Below, piece after piece: positions 35,577 through 43,253 of a stretch of DNA of 48,046 nt. This stretch comes from a bacterium (lineage in GTDB: Bacteria; Margulisbacteria; Marinamargulisbacteria; JABGVJ01). Both the position numbers and the translations under genes were made by a program. The notes under the pieces were generated by a model. That model worked only from the letters and a program-made list of their open reading frames with translations, did not search any database and was not told where the DNA came from. The number at the start of each line of letters is the position of its first letter. Position 1 is the first letter of the stretch. The stretch covers positions 1 through 48,046 of the forward strand of contig JABGVJ010000050.1 of assembly GCA_018646105.1 (NCBI GenBank), read 5' to 3'.

Positions 35577-37253
35577 TTCTTTCATTCGTTCAAGAATATA
35601 TTTACGATAATTAAAATTACATTTTTCTGCGTTTTCTTTACCAGCTGAAAAAATCAAAATTTTACGCAAAATATCTTTTTCCTTTTGCGCAATAAAATTA
35701 TCCATCTTTTTATCAGAATCTGAAATCTTTTTCACATAACCAATAATATTAGTCCAATATGGAGACAAAAATTCATAAGTACGCTCATGTACAAAACCAT
35801 CATTTTTCTTGAAAAGATTAAGACAGATTTCTTTTAACTCTTTATAATTTTTTTCTTTTCCCGCTAACGTATATTTAGCTCCCGTAGCCATACCTTTCAA
35901 AGCTTGCATATCTAAAACCAAAAGATGACATAATTTTTCAAAAAATGTTTTTTTCGGCTTTTTCGCATAGTTTTTCTCAAATTCCAGGTCTTGCTCTAAC
36001 CGTCCAAAATCAATACTTTGATCTGCTTTAACATACTTCAATAAAACCAAAGCCATTAATTCAGAATATATGTACATATACTTATCTTCCGTATCAAAAA
36101 ACCAAGTATCTGACATATAAATATAATACATCCTGGTTGCTCTGTTCAGATCTTTTTTAGCTATTTTACACATATTATAAATAGGTCCACACAACTTATT
36201 ATGTGAAGGCGCAAAATCTGCCATAAATTCCAAAAGTGCCGTATAAATATTCTCTCCATAGATACGCGTCGCTTCCGCAATAGTTGCATCTTCTGCTGAC
36301 AAAATATCATGTTGCACCAACCCGTGACCCAATTCATGATACAAAATTGTTTCTCCCATATCTTTCACAAATTTATCTTCTATCGCCATCAATTCCTGCT
36401 CGCTTTTCACGCCAAACAAAGACAACGCCTTAAATTTGATACCTTCCGAAATAGCTCTTTTTGAACTGCCTCGAATATCATCTTTTTCCATTTCATCATA
36501 CCTAAAACAATGCAACCATTTTTGCGTAAAAATGGTTTTCAAAGATTCCAATCTAATATACACTGATCGATGCCCAATAATAGCAGCCATAGACATCACA
36601 TTATTTGGCGTACGAATATCTTCTTTCTCCAGATAAATAACATCATAACCACCAATAAATTTTTCCTTACCTTCTCCTAAAATAAATTCCTGTTCAGAGC
36701 CATAAAACCCGCCCTGGAAAAACTTTTTAGACCCTAAAAATTTTATAATTTTATTTAATTCTTCTACTTTATAAGAATTAAATTTTTTACCTAAAATATC
36801 AAAAAAATAATTTTTAAATTTAGCTTGCGCAGTCGGCAAAGTCATTTCTCTCATCTCCAAGCTTTGCATATTAGTTTCCAAAACTTGCAAAAACTTTAAA
36901 GCGTCTTCCTGAGAAATAGGGTTTTCCGGAGCTATTTTCAACAAATTCCGACAAAAAGCTGTTTTTACTTGTTGTTCACCGGCATCACTCCAATTACCCG
37001 ATAATTCCATAATACGATAAATCAAATGTGCCATATAAAAAACCTGATCATGCAACCTTGTTTCAACCTGGCAAACCAATTTTTCCAAATCTTTTACCAC
37101 ATACGTATAGTCTTGCTTAGTCAAATAATCAGCTAAAGTTTTATATTTATTATTTATGCCCTTATCAAAAATAATCTCTACCAGTTCCTGATTCAGATTA
37201 TGTTTCTCATCAAAAATAGGCATGCTTTTTTTCTTTTTTTTCTTTAAAATCAT
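35556..37253 (-). CDS. Cytoplasmic HExxH-motif protein, putative zinc metallopeptidase, otherwise uncharacterised
   Basis: ILYHELGHGLVQHD, with a candidate third ligand about 30 aa downstream (ALLEFMADF). No signal peptide or TM helix. The start may be the MPIFDEK ATG at 37223 rather than 37253 (MILKKKKKKS). Confidence 0.7.
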   Translation of the reverse strand: MILKKKKKKSMPIFDEKHNLNQELVEIIFDKGINNKYKTLADYLTKQDYTYVVKDLEKLVCQVETRLHDQVFYMAHLIYRIMELSGNWSDAGEQQVKTAFCRNLLKIAPENPISQEDALKFLQVLETNMQSLEMREMTLPTAQAKFKNYFFDILGKKFNSYKVEELNKIIKFLGSKKFFQGGFYGSEQEFILGEGKEKFIGGYDVIYLEKEDIRTPNNVMSMAAIIGHRSVYIRLESLKTIFTQKWLHCFRYDEMEKDDIRGSSKRAISEGIKFKALSLFGVKSEQELMAIEDKFVKDMGETILYHELGHGLVQHDILSAEDATIAEATRIYGENIYTALLEFMADFAPSHNKLCGPIYNMCKIAKKDLNRATRMYYIYMSDTWFFDTEDKYMYIYSELMALVLLKYVKADQSIDFGRLEQDLEFEKNYAKKPKKTFFEKLCHLLVLDMQALKGMATGAKYTLAGKEKNYKELKEICLNLFKKNDGFVHERTYEFLSPYWTNIIGYVKKISDSDKKMDNFIAQKEKDILRKILIFSAGKENAEKCNFNYRKYILERMKELKIYWQ

Positions 37254-37342
37254 TTTTTATTCCTTTTCATTTCCGTATAAACCAAAATCTCTAATTTTTT
37301 TTACTCTACCATATTAATACTTTTTTTAAAATAATTGTCTCC

Positions 37343-37417
37343 CCCCCTCTCCCGACTACGGCCTTCCTGAGAAGTTTGATACCCCCTTAACGGGAGAGGG
37401 GGCTAGGGGGTGAGGGC
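37343..37417. repeat. GC-rich hairpin repeat, copy R3 (12-bp stem plus a tagggggtgagg tail)
   Basis: ccccctctcccg (37343-54) pairs perfectly with cgggagaggggg (37391-402). Followed by ctagggggtgagggc. Lies between the mutL stop and the start of the HExxH gene. Confidence 0.8.
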
Positions 37418-37433
37418 ACTCCTAAATTAACAT

Positions 37434-39158
37434 CTACCGTCGCAAAAACAATTTTTCTAAATCAGGTTTACTAATCTTAATAAATATCGGCCGACCATGT
37501 GGACACGTGAAATTACTAGGTGCTGCCTGAAAATCCGCAATCAATTGACCAACTTCTTCCGGTTTCATTTTCTTGCCAGCTTTAATCGCCGCTCTACAAG
37601 CCATTCGCTGTAACTTATCTTTTTGCTCTCTCAAAATATCATCTTCCTGCACATCTTTACCTGTTTTCAATTCTTCCAAAACCTTTAAAACCCATTCACC
37701 TGCATTCAAACTCAAAAAATCTACTGGCACTTGCCTGATCACCAACTGATTTCTACCAAACGATTCTATATCTATATCCAAAAAAGCAAACACTTCTTTA
37801 TATTGATCAAAAAGTTCTATTTCCAGTTCCGTCAAATCCACCACTTCTGCCAATAAAAGCGGTTGTTGCGCCCTATTACTTTTACTATTTTCTTTAAATT
37901 TTTCATACAATATTCTTTCATGCGCAGCATGCTGATCTAAAATCCAAATACCTTCTACGCCTTTAACAACCAAATAATTTTCAAAAATCTGGAAATATGT
38001 GTATTTCTTATTTTCCTGCGGCACATCCTGATCAGCAAACATCTTTGGCGCTGACCAAGACCTAGTATCTTCCGTCCGCGACAAACTACCTTGTGCTGAT
38101 TGCGCCATATTTTCTTTTACATAAAATTTTGGGTTTATACTATCTTGAGTTACTTTAAATTGGTCTAAAGCCGACGAAGTTCTAAATTTGTTTTTCAGGC
38201 TTTCTCTTACTGCTTTATACATCAAAGTCGTGTTTAAAAATTTAACTTCTTGTTTTTGCGGATGAATATTAATATCCAATAAATCCGGAGCCAAACAAAT
38301 ATCCAGCAACACTAAAGGAAACCGCCCGCTAGAAATATAATCTTTATAGCTATCCGCCACTGCTTTTCGCAATACCGCGCTTTTAATAATACGCTTATTT
38401 ACAGAAAAAAATTGTTTGTTTCTAGTATTAAAGGTTAAATTCGGCGCTGACACCCATCCTTTAAGCTTACATCCTTCATACTCTTCATCAATCCTCAAAA
38501 CTTTATCTTTTAAATTTTTACCAAAAAAAGCATACAACAAAATTTCCTGCGTGTTCAAACCATGACTATTCAAAATTTCCTTGCCATCATTATAAAGCAC
38601 CATATTTTTTTCCGGATAAATCAAGGCATATCTTTGCATCACTTCATAAATATAAGAAAATTCCGTTGTATCAGTTTTTAAATATTTACGCCGTACCGGC
38701 ACCTTTAAAAACAAATCTTGTACTTTTACCGTTGTACCTACCTGATGACTAACCAATTCAATCTGCGATACATAATCCTCCAAAGCTTCTATCCGATACC
38801 CTTCAGCATCTTTGGTTCTAGAAATAATTTCCAGTTTAGCCACATGCCCAATACTGGACAAAGCTTCTCCTCTAAACCCCATAGAAAAAACCTGGTAAAT
38901 ATCTTCTAACTTTTGAATCTTAGAAGTGGCATGTCGTCGCGGTGCTAATAGCAAATCTTCCTTCTCTATGCCCTGCCCGTCATCTGTTACCAAAATAAGC
39001 TTTTTACCGCCATTTTCAATTCTTACCACGATGTTCTGAGCACCAGCATCCAAACTGTTTTCCACTAATTCTTTCACAATGGAAACCGGTCTTTCTATCA
39101 CTTCACCAGCGGCTATTTTGTTAATCGTAACCTCATCCAAAAGCTTGATTTTTGGCAT
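37434..39158 (-). CDS. mutL: DNA mismatch repair protein MutL (endonuclease-type)
   Basis: N-terminal GHKL ATPase (IAAGEVIERP, ELVENSLDAGA, DDGQGI, GFRGEAL). C-terminal DQHAAHERILYE endonuclease motif, ACR and CPHGRP zinc motifs. Confidence 0.9.
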   Translation of the reverse strand: MPKIKLLDEVTINKIAAGEVIERPVSIVKELVENSLDAGAQNIVVRIENGGKKLILVTDDGQGIEKEDLLLAPRRHATSKIQKLEDIYQVFSMGFRGEALSSIGHVAKLEIISRTKDAEGYRIEALEDYVSQIELVSHQVGTTVKVQDLFLKVPVRRKYLKTDTTEFSYIYEVMQRYALIYPEKNMVLYNDGKEILNSHGLNTQEILLYAFFGKNLKDKVLRIDEEYEGCKLKGWVSAPNLTFNTRNKQFFSVNKRIIKSAVLRKAVADSYKDYISSGRFPLVLLDICLAPDLLDINIHPQKQEVKFLNTTLMYKAVRESLKNKFRTSSALDQFKVTQDSINPKFYVKENMAQSAQGSLSRTEDTRSWSAPKMFADQDVPQENKKYTYFQIFENYLVVKGVEGIWILDQHAAHERILYEKFKENSKSNRAQQPLLLAEVVDLTELEIELFDQYKEVFAFLDIDIESFGRNQLVIRQVPVDFLSLNAGEWVLKVLEELKTGKDVQEDDILREQKDKLQRMACRAAIKAGKKMKPEEVGQLIADFQAAPSNFTCPHGRPIFIKISKPDLEKLFLRR

Positions 39159-39161
39159 GTC

Positions 39162-39863
39162 TTACCCTTTAACTATCCTTTTTTCACCGGTATAAATATT
39201 AAACCTTTTTTTCCTAGCAAATCCCACCAAAGTAATATCTTTTTCTTGCGCCAAAGCCGCCGCTTGAGCCGTAACCCCGGTTCTAGACACAATTATTTTC
39301 AGCTTCAAAACCCCTGCTTTAGCCACGACTTCACTCGTGATTTTTCCTGAGGAAATCAAAATCAACGCTTCAATTTGCTTTTTTTGCTCCAAAAAACAAA
39401 GACCCGCCACCTTATCGATCGCACTTAACCTATTAATATCTTCTGCAAAAAACAAAATCTCCTTTTTCGTAGCTATTGCCGCGCGATGAGCAATACCTGT
39501 ATCCATATACAAAATACTTTTCTCATTAAATTTAGCCAGCAACCTAATCACATCAATATTTGTTACTCTGAGATCAACGTCTTCTGTCTTCGTTACTTCC
39601 ATAGCCTTTGCCTTCGTACAAACTTCCACTGTTCCCAAACTTAGTTTACACGTTTCCAGATCATCATTTTGTTCATCTATATATCCCATAGATACTAAAT
39701 AACCAATCGCCATCTCTTTAACCAAAGCAGGCATTGCTATCAAATCCATTATTTTTTTCTGATTTAAAACAACTTCAACCTTTGTTTCTAAAGCTAATTG
39801 ATCATTTTGTTTTTTAAATTCTCTATCTGTAACATTTAAAATTCTAACGCTTTTTTTCCACAT
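39162..39863 (-). CDS. fdhD: FdhD-family sulfurtransferase (formate dehydrogenase accessory protein)
   Basis: The C-terminal ISSGKITSEVVAKAGVLKLKIIVSRTGVTAQAAALAQEKDITLVGFARKKRFNIYTG matches the FdhD pattern. No formate dehydrogenase gene is in the window. Confidence 0.75.
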   Translation of the reverse strand: MWKKSVRILNVTDREFKKQNDQLALETKVEVVLNQKKIMDLIAMPALVKEMAIGYLVSMGYIDEQNDDLETCKLSLGTVEVCTKAKAMEVTKTEDVDLRVTNIDVIRLLAKFNEKSILYMDTGIAHRAAIATKKEILFFAEDINRLSAIDKVAGLCFLEQKKQIEALILISSGKITSEVVAKAGVLKLKIIVSRTGVTAQAAALAQEKDITLVGFARKKRFNIYTGEKRIVKG

Positions 39864-39887
39864 AAATTTCTCGTACTACTACTTCCC

Positions 39888-40793
39888 TTATTTGATTTCC
39901 AAAATTACCAAACTCACATCATCACTTAAAGAACCACAATCACAAAACTTTTTTACTTCCGCAAAAATATTACTAATAGCTTTTTCTACAGTTTCTTCTT
40001 GGTTTGCTAAAATCAATTTTTGAAATTTTTCCAAACCAAAAAAGTTTTTTTGTTTATTTCTAGCTTCTACGATCCCATCTGTATAAAAATAAACCCGATC
40101 CCCTTTAACTAATGGTTTTTGTTTTTCCTCATACTGCTCATCTTCAAACATCCCCAAAAAAGCCCCATCTGCATTCAACTCTTCGATCACGCCATCTTTA
40201 TGTACCAACAAAGGTGCCGGGTGCCCCCCTTTAGCATAATACAAAACTTTTGTGTTCAAATTAAAACTAGCATAAAAAACCGTTACAAACGGAACTTCCG
40301 AATTTTCGATATAACCCAAAATATCATTATTAGCATAGCGCAAAACTTCTGCCGGCGATTTTAATCGTCTACCAAGTTCACTAATAATACCCGCGGAAAG
40401 AGCCATTACCAAAGAAGATGAAACCCCATGTCCTGCCACATCACCCAAAATAATATCCAAATACTCATCTTGCTTATCCTCATAAGTCACAATTCCCGGA
40501 GTCTCTGTTTTTTGCATACAACTATCAAAATCTTCCGTCAAAAAACCATAAAAATCCCCGCCCATCACTTCTGCGGGCAAAAACTTTTTCGCTATTTTCA
40601 CACCTTTTATTCTAGGTAATTTTTTTTCCATCATTCTTTTCTGTACTTTATTAGCCATAGCTAATTCTTTAGCATATTTTTCTGCTAAAAATACAGCTTT
40701 TTGAAATTTTTTCGGCAACTCCTCAAAAGTCATCGCCGGTTTTTTCTTTTTTTTCTTCCACAAACAAAACATCGTTGTTACTCCCCTCTTCAA
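39888..40793 (-). CDS. PP2C/SpoIIE-family serine phosphatase
   Basis: GGDFYGF, ILGDVAGHGVSSSLVMA, YAKGGHPAPLL, FYTDGIVEA and DDVSLVILE. Start uncertain (alternative ATGs at 40772 and 40730). Confidence 0.8.
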   Translation of the reverse strand: MKRGVTTMFCLWKKKKKKPAMTFEELPKKFQKAVFLAEKYAKELAMANKVQKRMMEKKLPRIKGVKIAKKFLPAEVMGGDFYGFLTEDFDSCMQKTETPGIVTYEDKQDEYLDIILGDVAGHGVSSSLVMALSAGIISELGRRLKSPAEVLRYANNDILGYIENSEVPFVTVFYASFNLNTKVLYYAKGGHPAPLLVHKDGVIEELNADGAFLGMFEDEQYEEKQKPLVKGDRVYFYTDGIVEARNKQKNFFGLEKFQKLILANQEETVEKAISNIFAEVKKFCDCGSLSDDVSLVILEIK

Positions 40794-41782
40794 TAATCCA
40801 AAAACATCTTCTCTTTTACTTGCTGCAAGGTAATTGCCGCCGCTTCATACGCTCTACGTGTTCCTACCCTCAAAATCTCTTCCACTTCTTTCGGCCGCGC
40901 TTCATAATATCTACGTCGTTCTCTAATCGGGGTCAAATATTCTATAATATTTTTCGCCAATTCCTTTTTACACTGTACACAACCTCTATCCCCTTTTTTA
41001 CATTCTTCACTAATCCCCGTACAAACATCTTTACTAAAAAGTTTATGGTAATAAAACACACAACACACTTCCGGATGTCCGGCATCATTTAACCGTACCT
41101 TAGCCGGATCCGTAATTGCTTTCATTACTTTTTTGCTAATCGTTTCCGGCTCATCCCCCAAATCTATCGTATTATTCAATGACTTACTCATTTTAGCGCT
41201 ACCATCCAACCCTTTTAATCTCGGCACTTCGCCAATCTTCGGTTCTGGTTCCACTAAAATCGCGCCATAAATATGATTGAATTTTCGCACAATCTCTCTG
41301 GTTTGCTCAATCTGCGGCAACTGATCCTCTCCTACCGGCACCAAATGTGCTCCAAACACTGTAATGTCAGCTGCCTGGCTTATCGGATACCCCAAAAACC
41401 CATAAGTCACACTTTCTTTAAAAAGCTCTTTTTTCTGGGCAATCTCCTCTTTAACCGTAGGATTACGTTGCAGTCTGGCAATGGTTACTAAATTAGCATA
41501 AAAAATTGTTAATTCCGCAATTTGCGGAATCATGGATTGAATAAATATCGTAGATTTTTCAGGATCAATACCTACCGCCAAATTATCCATAGTTACCTGA
41601 TAAACATTGTCCCGCACTTTTTTAGGATCATTAAAATTATCAGTTAAAGCCTGTACATCTGCAATAATCACAAATGTATCGTATTCATCCTGCAAAGCCA
41701 CCCGATCCTTCAAAGCCCCAAAATAATGCCCCAAATGCAAAGGGCCCGTTGGTCTATCCCCAGTCAAAATTCTTTTTTTCAT
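40790..41782 (-). CDS. trpS: Tryptophan--tRNA ligase with a C-terminal cysteine cluster
   Basis: TGDRPTGPLHLGHYFGAL (HIGH-type), GEDQ and KMSKS. Cys at aa 240/241, 254, 261, 268 and 271. Confidence 0.95.
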   Translation of the reverse strand: MKKRILTGDRPTGPLHLGHYFGALKDRVALQDEYDTFVIIADVQALTDNFNDPKKVRDNVYQVTMDNLAVGIDPEKSTIFIQSMIPQIAELTIFYANLVTIARLQRNPTVKEEIAQKKELFKESVTYGFLGYPISQAADITVFGAHLVPVGEDQLPQIEQTREIVRKFNHIYGAILVEPEPKIGEVPRLKGLDGSAKMSKSLNNTIDLGDEPETISKKVMKAITDPAKVRLNDAGHPEVCCVFYYHKLFSKDVCTGISEECKKGDRGCVQCKKELAKNIIEYLTPIRERRRYYEARPKEVEEILRVGTRRAYEAAAITLQQVKEKMFLDY

Positions 41783-41858
41783 CTTCCACTACCCCTCTTT
41801 CAAAGCTTAGTATGCACTTTTTGTTTTAAGTTTCCTAACTCCCTAAGCTATCAAAATC

Positions 41859-41899
41859 CCCCCTCTACACTTGTGGAGAGGGGGTTAGGGGGTGAGGCC
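41859..41899. repeat. GC-rich hairpin repeat, copy R4
   Basis: ccccctct (41859-66) pairs with agaggggg (41877-84). The tail ttagggggtgaggcc is near-identical to the R3 tail (gagaggggg-N-tagggggtgagg). Confidence 0.8.
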
Positions 41900-41997
41900 T
41901 AAATCCCTGATCTATTACTCTCATAATTCTAGCAAAATAATCCTATTTAGGCTAAACTCATTATTAGATCAAGGTTAGTATACTCCTTTACCTTTCA

Positions 41998-42062
41998 ACT
42001 TCCCCCTCTATAGAATAGAGAGGGGGAGATGTCACGAAGTGACAGAGGGGGTGAGTGTTAAA
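41998..42062. repeat. GC-rich double-hairpin dispersed repeat, copy R2 (inverted relative to R1)
   Basis: ccccctct-atagaatag-agaggggg (42002-42026), gtcac-gaa-gtgac (42031-43), then gagggggtgagtgtta. The flanks are identical to R1 (16 nt and 25 nt). Confidence 0.85.
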
Positions 42063-42098
42063 CCAAAACGGATAATTTAATAGAAGGAGCTCATTCTA

Positions 42099-42563
42099 AT
42101 GAACAATGAAATGCAAAAAATCAGTCAGGAATTACAAGCGAGCATCTCGGAAAAAAAAAGAGAAAACAACCTATTACTCAAAACTACCTGTCAAAAACTA
42201 ATCCCCAATAAAAAAATAGAATTATATAACCAAAAAATAGCCACTTATTTTGCTGCAAAAAACTACTGTCCCAAAGAGTCTCTGGCTTGCAAAAACATGT
42301 TCCAAGAAATCCAAACCATCTCCAAAAACATTGCAAACTTTGTCCAGGAAATTACCCGTTACGAAAAAGCCATGTTAGACCATGCCCACCTCGAGCCACC
42401 GCACAGTATACCCCTCAAAGAAAAAAAAGCCGCCTCTTTCGCCCAATGCTCGCTCTGCAACGATTTTGCCGCCTTTGCTTCTTCTTTTAAAATCACCATT
42501 CATATTTTGGAACAAAAAAGAACTGAGCTCATCTGTCAGTATCTGGATAGCTGTAGCCTCTAA
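42099..42563 (+). CDS. Hypothetical Cys-containing protein (154 aa)
   Basis: ATG preceded by gaaggag at proper spacing. Followed by a 32-nt palindrome. No motif recognised. Confidence 0.55.
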   Translation: MNNEMQKISQELQASISEKKRENNLLLKTTCQKLIPNKKIELYNQKIATYFAAKNYCPKESLACKNMFQEIQTISKNIANFVQEITRYEKAMLDHAHLEPPHSIPLKEKKAASFAQCSLCNDFAAFASSFKITIHILEQKRTELICQYLDSCSL

Positions 42564-42574
42564 AATGTTTTCCC

Positions 42575-42606
42575 GGGTAGAGACGCGATTAATCGCATCT
42601 CTACCC
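42575..42606. other. 32-nt near-perfect palindrome downstream of the 154-aa ORF
   Basis: gggtagagacgcgatt/aatcgcatctctaccc has 16-bp arms with one mismatch and no spacer. No T-tract follows, so it is not a classical intrinsic terminator. Confidence 0.6.
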
Positions 42607-42639
42607 TAATCTGTGATTCAGACAAATGGTAAGTTCAAA

Positions 42640-42678
42640 CAAAAAAGCCTTTTTCTCATATGAGAAAAAGGCTTTTTT
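42640..42678. terminator. Bidirectional intrinsic terminator between convergent genes
   Basis: aaaaagcctttttctca-ta-tgagaaaaaggcttttt forms a 17-bp stem. It is flanked by an A-run on the left and a T-run on the right, so it reads as hairpin plus U-tract on both strands. Confidence 0.75.
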
Positions 42679-42699
42679 AAATTTAATTAAAACTATTAA

Positions 42700-42948
42700 T
42701 TAGAAGCTAGTTTTAAAACCGTCGCTCGACATCGGTGCTGTGCTATCTGCTGCTGCTGCTGCTTGTGCTTCAGTTTCAAAAACCATAATTGCGTTGTCAG
42801 GACCTTCAACCAAAAAAGTACCTGTTAATACATCTGCGCCCAACGGAGAAGCAGGATTTTGGTTATCAACCTGCCCAGCCACCGCTGCCGCATCATCAAC
42901 CTGATATACCTTAGAAGTCCCTATTTGACGTGCTCCATTTATTCTCAT
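42700..42948 (-). CDS. Small Ala/Gly/Asp-rich hypothetical protein (82 aa)
   Basis: aggagg lies 8 nt upstream of the ATG, and the gene ends at a bidirectional terminator. Visibly higher GC than its surroundings. Contains a (CTG)5 run at 42747-42763 that encodes the Ala run in QAAAAAD. Confidence 0.6.
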   Translation of the reverse strand: MRINGARQIGTSKVYQVDDAAAVAGQVDNQNPASPLGADVLTGTFLVEGPDNAIMVFETEAQAAAAADSTAPMSSDGFKTSF

Positions 42949-43253
42949 AATAATTTCCTCCTTTTTATTTTTTTCTTAAAATTTAATTCTATCTAATTAT
43001 CGTTAGGTCTCTTACCTTAATTTCACTATTTTATATTGATATTCTCTGTTTCGTCCCTCCCCCACTTTAAGCTTATCTTGATACCCTGTCTTCAAAAAAA
43101 ACCACAAGCTTATTTGTCCTTAATTTTACTATATTTTCCATATTTGTAAAGCCGTCTTTGTTTGAGCTTAGGCCCTCACCGCAGCATTTGTCTAAAACGC
43201 TTTACCGGCGCAAGTCTTTATCCCCCCGCTACACTTTGTTATAATATCCACAA

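Noticed and set aside
41783-42098. T-box leader upstream of trpS
   Set aside because: I looked on the minus strand for the conserved T-box sequence (AAUUAGGGUGGUACCGCG-like) and a specifier hairpin. Neither is present, and the region is occupied by the GC-rich repeats instead.
42287-42609. Alternative-frame ORFs (67 aa and 75 aa) overlapping the 154-aa ORF
   Set aside because: They have no SD, and their translations are proline/arginine-rich junk. The 154-aa frame has the good SD and start.
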